IMG/VR virus record: IMGVR_UViG_3300045988_104774
Length of the DNA stretch: 44,063 bases
Reading direction: 5' to 3' (one strand)
Origin: a virus
Shown: positions 1 through 7,877 of the stretch, in pieces
How positions within the stretch are numbered: position 1 is the stretch's first letter
How the letters are laid out: every line of letters begins with the position of its first letter
The notes under the pieces: model-generated
What the model was told of the DNA's origin: nothing
The model's database searches: none
Seen by the model: the letters and a program-made list of their open reading frames with translations, nothing else
Translations under genes and position numbers: made by a program

Positions 1-55
1 GTCCAGGAACCATAAAGCCTGTTCAACTGCTTCTGGAATATCATCTTCTGGAATA
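1..55. repeat. terminal direct repeat, copy 1 (identical to 44009..44063); circular-assembly overlap
   Basis: 55/55 nt identity read directly at both window ends (gtccaggaaccataaagcctg...ttctggaata). Confidence 0.95.
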
Positions 56-222
56 CTTTCTTCATAAAGGATATCCACCATGACCTGATACTTTCCTGCA
101 TCGTCAAGATTTGCATCATTAAATGCCGTCATAATATCCAGGCACGGTCTGAAATCTGTCCGTATACCATAAGACTTACCACCAACCGTAAGGGTTAATG
201 GTAAGTCCCATGAGTGCATCAT
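1..222 (-). CDS. tail assembly chaperone, Phage_Gp15-like; N-terminal 74 codons, gene wraps through the circular junction to 43655
   Basis: ATG at 222 overlaps the stop of 219..665 (ATGA). My translation MMHSWDLPLTLTVGGKSYGIRTDFRPCLDIM..ALWFLD continues in frame as CGKPADNIPRPRVMDWEQ from 44008 downward. 222+354 nt = 192 codons. Confidence 0.6.
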   Translation of the reverse strand, partial: MMHSWDLPLTLTVGGKSYGIRTDFRPCLDIMTAFNDANLDDAGKYQVMVDILYEESIPEDDIPEAVEQALWFLD

Positions 223-665
223 TTAAGTGGGGAAAGATATCTTCCCCCAGGAGCTGCCTTGTATTTCTGCGTATATTCTTTTACTCGGTTCTGCACGGCC
301 TGGAGCCGGATTCCACGCTTCTGCTCGATAACAGTTTTGATGGCATTGATAACATTTTCAACGAAAAACTGGCCAGAATTAAGAAATGTAAATGGGGATG
401 TAATCGAGAAAAACTTCTCGGACACCGGAGCAGCGAAAAGGTAATCTATCTTTTCGCACATTTTCCGGCTGATCTCATTGAGATCAGTATTTTCTCCACT
501 TTCGAGCTCGCCCTGTAATTCCTCGAATGTTTTCACTGTCTCATCATATCTGTTCACTATGTCAAAATCCGATGGAATAAAAGTAAACTGGCCTAGATGC
601 TCGCCACGCTGATTTACGATGTCAAAGACCTCACTACCATCATCAATGGTAATAATATTTCCCAT
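219..665 (-). CDS. tail assembly chaperone-like protein (gpG position)
   Basis: Acidic 148-aa ORF between the major tail protein and the Gp15-like/tape-measure genes; assigned by synteny only. Confidence 0.45.
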   Translation of the reverse strand: MGNIITIDDGSEVFDIVNQRGEHLGQFTFIPSDFDIVNRYDETVKTFEELQGELESGENTDLNEISRKMCEKIDYLFAAPVSEKFFSITSPFTFLNSGQFFVENVINAIKTVIEQKRGIRLQAVQNRVKEYTQKYKAAPGGRYLSPLK

Positions 666-681
666 AATTCACTCTCTCCTC

Positions 682-1179
682 TTAGTCCAGCGGAATCTCG
701 CCTTCTTTAAAGGACGGAGTCCCTGATTCAATGGTTACATAGCCTTTCTTTCTGCTGCCATCAAAATATATAGTAAACGGAATGGTGAAACCATCGGTAC
801 CACCGCCGTATTCGCTCGTTTTAATAACAACATTTTCAGTCCATGCACGATGGTTAGTTTTCTCGGTGTCCTCAATGATAACTTCGAGGATTGTAGTCTT
901 GCACTCATCTCCGCGAAGTCTGTTCATTGCGATATCGCGAATCATCGGATAAATAGCATCAGTAGGATCTGCATAATATGTTATATCTTCGATAGACGGC
1001 TCATATCCGTTATCCTCAACATAGGTCTCATCCCAAATGTTTTTGTTTGTGGACACATCCGGGTTCAGAGCTACGCTCATACTGTCGTTGTATTTACCGA
1101 TACGCCACCATTTAGGTGTACCAGTTCCACCAAAAGTTGAATCAAGAAAGGTTCTATATGCACCTCTGGTAAGCTTCAT
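682..1179 (-). CDS. major tail (tube) protein
   Basis: 165 aa, immediately upstream of the chaperone pair and tape measure; assigned by position in the tail module. Confidence 0.6.
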   Translation of the reverse strand: MKLTRGAYRTFLDSTFGGTGTPKWWRIGKYNDSMSVALNPDVSTNKNIWDETYVEDNGYEPSIEDITYYADPTDAIYPMIRDIAMNRLRGDECKTTILEVIIEDTEKTNHRAWTENVVIKTSEYGGGTDGFTIPFTIYFDGSRKKGYVTIESGTPSFKEGEIPLD

Positions 1180-1200
1180 AAATTCGTCCTTTCTGCGCTA

Positions 1201-1701
1201 CTACGCTTCATATTCTATGTCGTTGGTGTACTGCACCGTAACAGGCAGTACCCAGTCTTGCACCGCTTCCCCATTCGGTTCTAAACCGTATGAGTTATCA
1301 CGGGTAATGCGTTTTATCACTCGACCATCAGACAGGGCCGGAAAGGCCGCCAGGCGCGTCTGAGTGCCGTTTATAACAACAGGCTCCCGGCATATCCACT
1401 TGCCGAGGGTGTCAAGGAAGTCTTGTACATTCAGCTTAAGCCGTTCTTTTGTGGCTGCTGTGCGGTATACCACGTAAAACGGATACTGGCATTGCTGATG
1501 GATGCCGCCGCAGACATCTTCCGATTCTGCGTACACCAGCGCCCCATTGTCAGCCGAAAAGGCTATTCCGGATTCTTTCCCAAGCTCCTCAAACTTAATG
1601 ACATCGCCATCTTCCAGACCAGGATATTGATTTAACAGGGATTTAACCGCTCGGGTGAGAATATCAAACCCGCTTGCGTCCCGCCCTATGACCTTATCCA
1701 T
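1201..1701 (-). CDS. tail terminator / neck protein candidate
   Basis: GGAGG 8 nt before ATG 1701, which overlaps the upstream stop (ATGGATAA); last neck gene before the tube gene. Confidence 0.4.
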   Translation of the reverse strand: MDKVIGRDASGFDILTRAVKSLLNQYPGLEDGDVIKFEELGKESGIAFSADNGALVYAESEDVCGGIHQQCQYPFYVVYRTAATKERLKLNVQDFLDTLGKWICREPVVINGTQTRLAAFPALSDGRVIKRITRDNSYGLEPNGEAVQDWVLPVTVQYTNDIEYEA

Positions 1702-2191
1702 GCTTACCACCTCCAGCTATGCGCTTTACTCCTTTGATCCATGTCTTTCCGTCTGCCTGCTTCGCCGCTTCAAACCAGTGATCCTGTGCTTTTGGGTGTG
1801 CCTGGTGCGTGTAGGTGATGTTTTCCCGGGCATTGGTCTTGCCCGTGTACTCGCTCACAAGCACCTTACGTGCTCCACGACGCGCAAATGGTGATCCGGT
1901 CAGTTCATCAACCATAACCTTACCCTCGTACAGATAACGCCCTTGTGGGCCATATCCGGCATACACAAAGCCGCTTCCCTGTACCGCCGCACTGGCAGCA
2001 CGGGTGGTATTGATAAAGCTGCCCGTTACCATCGGCATATACGGAACCATACTGTTCATGACAGCGCCGTCCAGATAGTATTGTGCCTGCTGAAACTGCC
2101 GTTCAAAGCGGGACATATCAAGTTTCAGATGAATGCTGCCAACATTGTATGACAGATTTTTGAGATAAAAGCGCTTGCTTCTCCTTGCCAT
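1694..2191 (-). CDS. tail-completion / minor capsid protein (HK97 gp10-like position)
   Basis: Start trimmed to ATG 2191 (MARRSKRFYLKN..) behind AAGGGG; assigned by neck-module synteny. Confidence 0.45.
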   Translation of the reverse strand: MARRSKRFYLKNLSYNVGSIHLKLDMSRFERQFQQAQYYLDGAVMNSMVPYMPMVTGSFINTTRAASAAVQGSGFVYAGYGPQGRYLYEGKVMVDELTGSPFARRGARKVLVSEYTGKTNARENITYTHQAHPKAQDHWFEAAKQADGKTWIKGVKRIAGGGKHG

Positions 2192-2192
2192 A

Positions 2193-2585
2193 TTACCGCC
2201 CCTTAAACCTGCTCCAGATTTGCTTATCAAGCCGCCGCTGCGCCCGTTCATATGACGCACTAGTTATTTCTCGCTTGGTAGCTTCGCCGAAACTGTTCAC
2301 AAATGTCTTAGTTGTTTTAGGTTCGTCTTTTGTTCTCAGTTTTTCCCGCTCATACCGCAAATCGGTCTGTTTGTTTTTAAGCTCACGGATTTCTTGCGAT
2401 ATTTCGTGGTATCTTGGCGGCGCAGAATCCCATGAATTTTCCCGCGATCTTAAGACCTGCGCAGATTCATCCTGTAATTTCTGGATTTTCTTATCAATGC
2501 TTTTGATCTTATCAGACAAAGACTGCAAGCTTTCTATTCTGCTATTAGCAGCAGTCTTTTTAAAACCGCTCTCGCCTTTTGCCAT
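2193..2585 (-). CDS. hypothetical K/R/E-rich coiled-coil protein, N-terminus MAKGESGF
   Basis: 130-aa ORF with RBS; shares its first 8 residues with the next gene. Confidence 0.55.
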   Translation of the reverse strand: MAKGESGFKKTAANSRIESLQSLSDKIKSIDKKIQKLQDESAQVLRSRENSWDSAPPRYHEISQEIRELKNKQTDLRYEREKLRTKDEPKTTKTFVNSFGEATKREITSASYERAQRRLDKQIWSRFKGR

Positions 2586-2587
2586 GA

Positions 2588-3046
2588 TTACTTCCTTTTC
2601 AACTTCTTTTTGACATATTCTTCAATAGCAGATAACTTTTTCATTTCATCCCTATAGTTTCTTACTGTAGCGGCTTCGTCAATATTTCCTTTAGCATCAG
2701 ATATTCCTTTATGCCTAGCTCTGTCTGCTACATAAACCTTGTTTCTTTCCACGCGTTTTAATATTTCTTCACCAGTAGCCTTAGAAAAGCGACTTGTGGG
2801 TGATTGTCCGTCTGATATGGAATTATAAATAGCCGTATAATGTCGATCAGATAAAGCAGAAAATTCCTCGTCCCACGGAATTTGCATGGATATAGGCATC
2901 ATCGGATCATATCCCAAATCTCGTATGACTTGTCCAGCTTCGCGAGACATAGCTTGATATGGCGAATCTCCCGGTGCATAACCGTTATTCTGTCCGTTAT
3001 TCTGTCCTTTACCTGCTTTTGTGAATCCGCTCTCACCTTTTGCCAT
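2588..3046 (-). CDS. hypothetical protein, N-terminus MAKGESGF
   Basis: 152-aa ORF tightly packed between neighbours; no family recognised. Confidence 0.55.
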   Translation of the reverse strand: MAKGESGFTKAGKGQNNGQNNGYAPGDSPYQAMSREAGQVIRDLGYDPMMPISMQIPWDEEFSALSDRHYTAIYNSISDGQSPTSRFSKATGEEILKRVERNKVYVADRARHKGISDAKGNIDEAATVRNYRDEMKKLSAIEEYVKKKLKRK

Positions 3047-3052
3047 AACTGC

Positions 3053-3514
3053 CTACTTTCCTAAGATTTCAAAGTGCTGGATAACCGTATACGGTCCACC
3101 TACACTGGTTATCTTGTAAACATTGTCGCGACTGCTGTTCATGTACTGGTAAAAACCATTGCGGTAATCATCATCCACAACCATGCCGCCACTCCATTCA
3201 CCCTGCCAGAAAAAGTCCTCTGGCCCGAAGGTGATACTGCCCGGAAGATCATCATTGACCTGCGCCGCCCATGCTTTCGGGGGCAACCACGGCACCGCTA
3301 CACCGTCTGACCGCTGCACCATCACCTTGTCACCGTCTTGGGTGTAAGCAATATGCAGTGCGGCATTGTCGGTACTGTCTGGGCCATACTTTTTCAGAAT
3401 TGCGCCGTGATCGGTTATCAAGTCAACGCAAGACAGGATGTGCGGATACCAGTATGATAAGCCTGCGGTTTTGGAGTTGTAGAAGTTAAATACCGTTACC
3501 GTCTTGTCATACAT
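3053..3514 (-). CDS. head-closure / neck protein candidate
   Basis: ATG 3514 overlaps the upstream TGA by 1 nt (TGATG); MYDKTVTVFNFY.. with C-terminus ..HFEILGK; position in the neck cluster. Confidence 0.4.
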   Translation of the reverse strand: MYDKTVTVFNFYNSKTAGLSYWYPHILSCVDLITDHGAILKKYGPDSTDNAALHIAYTQDGDKVMVQRSDGVAVPWLPPKAWAAQVNDDLPGSITFGPEDFFWQGEWSGGMVVDDDYRNGFYQYMNSSRDNVYKITSVGGPYTVIQHFEILGK

Positions 3515-4158
3515 CAGCCACACACCGCCTTTTTAAACTTGTTCTGAAACGGCTTCACGCGAATGATGTTCCCTTTGCATTCGTCCGGCACCATGCCATA
3601 AAAGATGATGCAGGAGGGTTCCAAACGCTTAACCATCTCGTTGTATCCATCAATGAGCATCTGCTTGTTACGCTTGCTTTTCATGCAGCCCACACTGCTG
3701 ATAGCAATAACAGAGTTTTTCGGCTCACCGTCAAAGCAGAAATCATATGACGGCGGATAACTCCATGTAACTGTAGGAATCACACGCACACCGTTCTCTT
3801 GCAGATATGCGCCGATCCAGTGCTTGCGGAAGTGGTTAAACACCTGCACAGCTTTTGGAAAGTCTGCATATGGGGAGAAGTCCGGCGTAAACACATACTG
3901 GAACCGTTTCAGCTTCTCCAGATACGCATCTGGGTTCGTCCACAGGCGGTTAAACTGGTAATCATCGACAAAGAAATGTACCGCTTTATCTTCCGGGTGC
4001 TTTTCTTTCAGAGCGTAGTTCCATCCGATGAAGTCTGATATATCATCAACGTCATACATTCCCTGTATCTCCGGGATATCGTACTTCCCCACGCCGTCAA
4101 ATATTCTTTTCTCGCAGTTTTCCCAGAACCTTGTCTGCCGAAACGGTATGTTTCCCAT
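3514..4158 (-). CDS. DUF4417-like protein
   Basis: Motifs FFVDDYQFNRLW, TPDFSPY, VIPTVTW and FCFDG as I recall for DUF4417; start overlaps the stop of the membrane gene. Confidence 0.5.
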   Translation of the reverse strand: MGNIPFRQTRFWENCEKRIFDGVGKYDIPEIQGMYDVDDISDFIGWNYALKEKHPEDKAVHFFVDDYQFNRLWTNPDAYLEKLKRFQYVFTPDFSPYADFPKAVQVFNHFRKHWIGAYLQENGVRVIPTVTWSYPPSYDFCFDGEPKNSVIAISSVGCMKSKRNKQMLIDGYNEMVKRLEPSCIIFYGMVPDECKGNIIRVKPFQNKFKKAVCG

Positions 4159-4487
4159 TACTTACTCCAGTCTTTCCCATTATTACTCATTCTTTTCCAC
4201 AGCTCCGTGAGCTTTTCCCAACCATACATAGCTACAAACGCCACGATAAAGCCTGCCATGATCGCCGCCAAAATCATATACCATAAAATGGTCATCTGGA
4301 TATACTGCATATACGCCACAAAAGCGGATACGGTAATACCGATAGACAACACCAGAACCAGGGCATCGGTAGGGATCATGGAAAGAAAGCCTACACCCTT
4401 AAATACCTGGGTAACTACTGATACTAAAAACGCCAGGATCCCGATTACTGCCAGGATCAACGTCATGTTTGCAAATAATGCTTCCAT
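4158..4487 (-). CDS. holin-like membrane protein (three hydrophobic segments, charged C-tail)
   Basis: Start trimmed to MEALFANM behind GAGGAGG; three ~20-aa hydrophobic stretches, then WEKLTELWKRMSNNGKDWSK. Confidence 0.5.
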   Translation of the reverse strand: MEALFANMTLILAVIGILAFLVSVVTQVFKGVGFLSMIPTDALVLVLSIGITVSAFVAYMQYIQMTILWYMILAAIMAGFIVAFVAMYGWEKLTELWKRMSNNGKDWSK

Positions 4488-4488
4488 G

Positions 4489-4800
4489 TTAGTCCTCCTC
4501 TGTCTCCTCGATTCGGTCAACATTGTATTCTTTCGCACACTCGTGCTCAATGCGGCATCCGCGCGCGTCTTCCCAGCCTTTGGCGAAAAAGACAACATCA
4601 GCCTCGCCAAGATACTTGATGGATTCGCCAAGATAACACAACGGCTTTGCATTTGCCGGAGCACCCTGGAAGAATGTCTCAAGCACTTCTACTGGCTCTC
4701 CAACTAACTCTTTCGCTTTTGCAATAGCTTTCTCTCGCGTTGCAAGAATTTCTTCGTCTGTCTTGCCCCTCATGGGCTGAGAAATAAATAACTTCTTCAT
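4489..4800 (-). CDS. DUF4406 / nucleoside 2-deoxyribosyltransferase-like protein
   Basis: MKKLFISQPMRGKT.. and GWEDARGCRIEHECAKEYNV match the DUF4406 pattern as I recall it; start trimmed to ATG 4800. Confidence 0.55.
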   Translation of the reverse strand: MKKLFISQPMRGKTDEEILATREKAIAKAKELVGEPVEVLETFFQGAPANAKPLCYLGESIKYLGEADVVFFAKGWEDARGCRIEHECAKEYNVDRIEETEED

Positions 4801-4805
4801 TATTT

Positions 4806-4979
4806 TCACCTCACATCTGGAATACCAAACTGTTTGTATGTACCTGTAAATGAAAACTGTTTCCCGCATTTACAGCAAGTTTCCGTAATGGTACAAGTCT
4901 TTTCTTTGTCATTACATTTTGATTCAGCAGGCCTTTTGAATTTATGCCCGCCAGTTAAAAAGCACATTACTTTATTCAT
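4806..4979 (-). CDS. small Cys-rich protein (57 aa)
   Basis: My translation MNKVMCFLTGGHKFKRPAESKCNDKEKTCTITETCCKCGKQF..; below the ORF-track size cutoff; fills the gap between two genes. Confidence 0.35.
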   Translation of the reverse strand: MNKVMCFLTGGHKFKRPAESKCNDKEKTCTITETCCKCGKQFSFTGTYKQFGIPDVR

Positions 4980-4984
4980 ATTAA

Positions 4985-5482
4985 TTACACTCCTGCATAC
5001 AATACTGGTATTCCATCATCTGTCCTTACTCCCATCAGAAGCGGTAAAGCTGTCTTTAAGAGTAAGTCATTCGTTTTCCGCACATCTCCGGCGGCGGCAT
5101 ATACCGCACTCCACTCCTTTGCGCTCGCTCCAATCTGCTGCGGGGTTGCGTATGATCTGGATTCACTGCCGGATGATACAGAGGTTACTATTCCTGTGGT
5201 CGTGCCTCCACCCGGTAAGGTGGTAGCCGTTCCAGTCGCCGCTGCTGCTGCCGCGTTCTGCTCTGCAATATCAATCTGATACAGGATATCAGCCGCAGCG
5301 CAGACAGCTTTCTTAATGCGCTTCTGTTGCCGCTCATCCCCTGGCAGACCGTCTACCAGTCGGCCAAAGGTCAGCGTGTCGATAAAGTCACTGGCTCTTT
5401 CAGAAAACCGATTAAAATCAGATTCCGGCACGACATTGCCGAAAAATGATGTTTTGTAAAACTCATAGTCTGCATATGCCAT
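4985..5482 (-). CDS. head-tail connector / adaptor (gp6-like)
   Basis: MAYADYEFYKTSFFGNVVPESDFNRFSERASDFID.. is typical of the adaptor directly downstream of the capsid gene. Confidence 0.55.
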   Translation of the reverse strand: MAYADYEFYKTSFFGNVVPESDFNRFSERASDFIDTLTFGRLVDGLPGDERQQKRIKKAVCAAADILYQIDIAEQNAAAAAATGTATTLPGGGTTTGIVTSVSSGSESRSYATPQQIGASAKEWSAVYAAAGDVRKTNDLLLKTALPLLMGVRTDDGIPVLYAGV

Positions 5483-5495
5483 GCCGGAACCCTCC

Positions 5496-6665
5496 TTACG
5501 CCTTTGCGGTTACTGTCGCATGTCCTGCGCTCAGTGCCTTATAGGTGCTGTCGCACTCAACTAGCGTGATAACCTGCCCGGTTGCCGCGGTAATATCGGA
5601 CTTGCCGTCCCATGCGCTCCAGTTCTTCACGTTCTGGCCGTACTCCACGGTTGTCTGACTGGATGCAACCTTGTATTTGTATACGTTGCCCTCATTCCCC
5701 TTTGACGGGGTAACGGTCAGCTTAGTGGTTCCGCTATCGGTGCCTTCTGCGGAAGCCACAGTCAGATCACCAAGGGTTTCAGAGCCGCCGAAGCTGATAA
5801 CGGAGATGCCGTCCAGGTACTCTGCAAACAGTACCATGCCCATGATAGCAAAGGCTTCGGAAACCGCGGTGTGGTAGTTGCCCTGGGTGTGGAAGCCGAT
5901 CAGCGGGGTCTCGCCTGCCACGGTGTAAACCAGTCCAGCTTTTGCGAAGTCAGAATCACTTGGGTCAACATAGTACAGCACGATGTTATCTGCCGGGGTA
6001 GCAATGACTTTGCCGCGCGGAATCTCGCTTTCGGACAGCAGGAAGATGGTGTTAAATCCCATGAAGTCCTTCACATACTGGAAGCCGAACTGATTCTGAA
6101 CGGTAATGTTTGCCGCACCGATGTACTCATACACATCCAGACCGTTCACAAAGCCAACGATTCCGTTCGGGATAGATCTGTGCATCTGCTTGAACTTATC
6201 CTCAACGCGGCCTTTTGCCATAGCAAGAGCCATCTGGAATGTACTCTCAGTAGAGGTAAGGCTTCCGGTCTTAAGATAGGTGTAAAACCGTCCGGTAACA
6301 TCAGTCTGGAGTTCGAAAAGAAATTCATCGTCAGTCAGCTCCACGGCAACATCGTAGCCGTAAGTCTTGATAGCTTCGATAGACACCGCTTTTGCATACT
6401 TCTCTACGGTGATCTCTGCGTAGCTCTTTTCCTTGACCTCGAATTTGGAGTACGGGATTTCCTCGCCTTCTCCAACAAGGCCACTTTCAAGTTTGCCCTG
6501 TGCGTACTTAGATTTAAGAGTGGACCCCGGGTCTTTCTTAATCATTCTCAGCACGCCAAGAATTTCACGAAGATGCTCCCAGTTTCTCTCAAAACGGGTA
6601 ACAAAATCCACTTCGCGTGCGCGAACCTGGATGTTTTCCTGCTTAATAAGATTGGTTTTTGCCAT
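5496..6665 (-). CDS. major capsid protein with C-terminal Ig-like extension
   Basis: 389 aa directly after the scaffold gene; C-terminal ~90 aa is T/S/V-rich (TKLTVTPSKGNEGNVYKYKV..ATVTAKA). Confidence 0.8.
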   Translation of the reverse strand: MAKTNLIKQENIQVRAREVDFVTRFERNWEHLREILGVLRMIKKDPGSTLKSKYAQGKLESGLVGEGEEIPYSKFEVKEKSYAEITVEKYAKAVSIEAIKTYGYDVAVELTDDEFLFELQTDVTGRFYTYLKTGSLTSTESTFQMALAMAKGRVEDKFKQMHRSIPNGIVGFVNGLDVYEYIGAANITVQNQFGFQYVKDFMGFNTIFLLSESEIPRGKVIATPADNIVLYYVDPSDSDFAKAGLVYTVAGETPLIGFHTQGNYHTAVSEAFAIMGMVLFAEYLDGISVISFGGSETLGDLTVASAEGTDSGTTKLTVTPSKGNEGNVYKYKVASSQTTVEYGQNVKNWSAWDGKSDITAATGQVITLVECDSTYKALSAGHATVTAKA

Positions 6666-6745
6666 AAAAAAATCCTTTCTACCTATAGCTGTTAAAAGGT
6701 GTGTAGGTCAGCGGCCACACTCAAAGCGCATGGTCGGTTATTGGA

Positions 6746-7378
6746 TCACTCAAACAGTGACATGTTGCTTGCAATGGCAGCCTGACGCTCTCCGGAATCC
6801 TTGATATTCATGATATCGGCTTTCGTCAGTTTGCCAGGCGGGGTGTTTTTGCTGAGACTGGTTGTGAACCGCGCCTGGTTATGTTCTGCCTGTTCCTGGT
6901 CTTCGTCAACAAAAGCTGACGCATCGTCTTTTTTCATCTGCTCCAGAAGATCGTTAAGGCCCAGAATCTTGCCGTTTTTAAGCTTAAGCCCGGCATCCTT
7001 GATATCAGCCATAACCGCTTTTTTCGCCGATGTGGAAGAGAATTTAACATCTTCCAGTGCAGCTTTGAGAGCGTCAGCAAAATCTCTATCATAGATTTTG
7101 TCGTTATACTCTTTCTCTGCATCTGCCGCTTTCTGTTTCCAGGTTGCCAGTTCACCCTTAATGCTTTCCGGGTCAATTCCCTCAAAGCTCTTAAGAGTGT
7201 TTTCTGCGATCTCCGCACGTTCTTTCCAGGTATCACGCTCACTCTCTACCTTAGCGAGGGTTTTCGTAACCTCTCCGGCGTTTTTGTAATGCTCAGACAG
7301 TGCTTTTTTCACATCTGCCTGCTTATCCTCCGGAATTTCGATGCCAAATGATCCAAGTGTTTCAATAAGTTTCTGCAT
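6746..7378 (-). CDS. scaffolding protein (GP20-like)
   Basis: 210 aa, highly charged K/E/D/A-rich helical sequence, immediately upstream of the capsid gene. Confidence 0.75.
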   Translation of the reverse strand: MQKLIETLGSFGIEIPEDKQADVKKALSEHYKNAGEVTKTLAKVESERDTWKERAEIAENTLKSFEGIDPESIKGELATWKQKAADAEKEYNDKIYDRDFADALKAALEDVKFSSTSAKKAVMADIKDAGLKLKNGKILGLNDLLEQMKKDDASAFVDEDQEQAEHNQARFTTSLSKNTPPGKLTKADIMNIKDSGERQAAIASNMSLFE

Positions 7379-7455
7379 ATCTATCCTCCTGGCCGTGTTT
7401 ATTGACCTGCCGCCGCAGGTAATGGATTAAGCCCGATAGACCACGGGCGGGGTAA

Positions 7456-7528
7456 TGGACCGTCAGGGATTCGAACCCCGGACCACCCGGTTATGAGCCG
7501 GGCGCTCTTACCGCTGAGCTAACGGTCC
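7456..7528 (-). tRNA. tRNA with CAU anticodon (Met elongator or Ile2/lysidine type)
   Basis: Minus strand GGACCGTTAGCTCAGCGGTAAGAGCGCCCGGCTCATAACCGGGTGGTCCGGGGTTCGAATCCCTGACGGTCCA folds as a cloverleaf; no encoded CCA. Confidence 0.9.
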
Positions 7529-7530
7529 TA

Positions 7531-7561
7531 AAACACCGGCTACATATTGCAACCGGTGTTT
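7531..7561 (-). terminator. terminator-like hairpin abutting the tRNA 5' end
   Basis: 9-bp stem AAACACCGG/CCGGTGTTT with a 13-nt loop, A/T-flanked on both sides. Confidence 0.5.
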
Positions 7562-7829
7562 CGAGAAAGAAGTCGATGTGAAAAAGTCTTGCTGCATTGG
7601 CTAGGGGTGAACAGCAAGAACCCTCACGGCGGTCGTAAGCCGCCTTAACAGCCTATCGGCTATGAGGGGAAAGGAGGATTTCGCCAAAACAAAAATCCGT
7701 GCCATTGGTATGGCAAATACGCACGCCGGGAATTTCACCCGCTTTAGCCTCCGGTATAACCCGTTTATATTAAGGGCGTGCGCGGGAGGTGTAAATTGGC
7801 TAGAAAAGATTCACAGGAGGTTAATCTTT
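7562..7829 (-). ncRNA. candidate structured non-coding RNA (family unknown)
   Basis: No credible ORF on either strand; promoter-like TTACAT-17-TATAAG (7864..7836) upstream; several 8-bp helices and a 3-way junction; three CCUCC tracts. Confidence 0.35.
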
Positions 7830-7877
7830 GCTGCACTTATAATGTACCATTTATCCGTATGTAAGCTATCCACACGT

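Noticed and set aside
219-240. Programmed -1 frameshift joining the two tail chaperone ORFs (G/GT-like)
   Set aside because: The second ORF has its own ATG overlapping the first stop (ATGA). I find no X XXY YYZ slippery heptamer near the end of 219..665 (the sequence is ..CCA CTT AAA TGA).
5871-6695. 274-aa plus-strand ORF
   Set aside because: It is entirely antisense to the major capsid gene, with no RBS and a composition typical of an antisense frame.
7700-7760. Riboswitch resemblance (GGGUGAAAUUCCC as in FMN or cobalamin elements)
   Set aside because: Only this short string matches. The other conserved blocks of the FMN (..CCGACAGU..GAUGGGAGA) and cobalamin (GCCACUG B12 box) elements are absent, and no regulated gene lies downstream.
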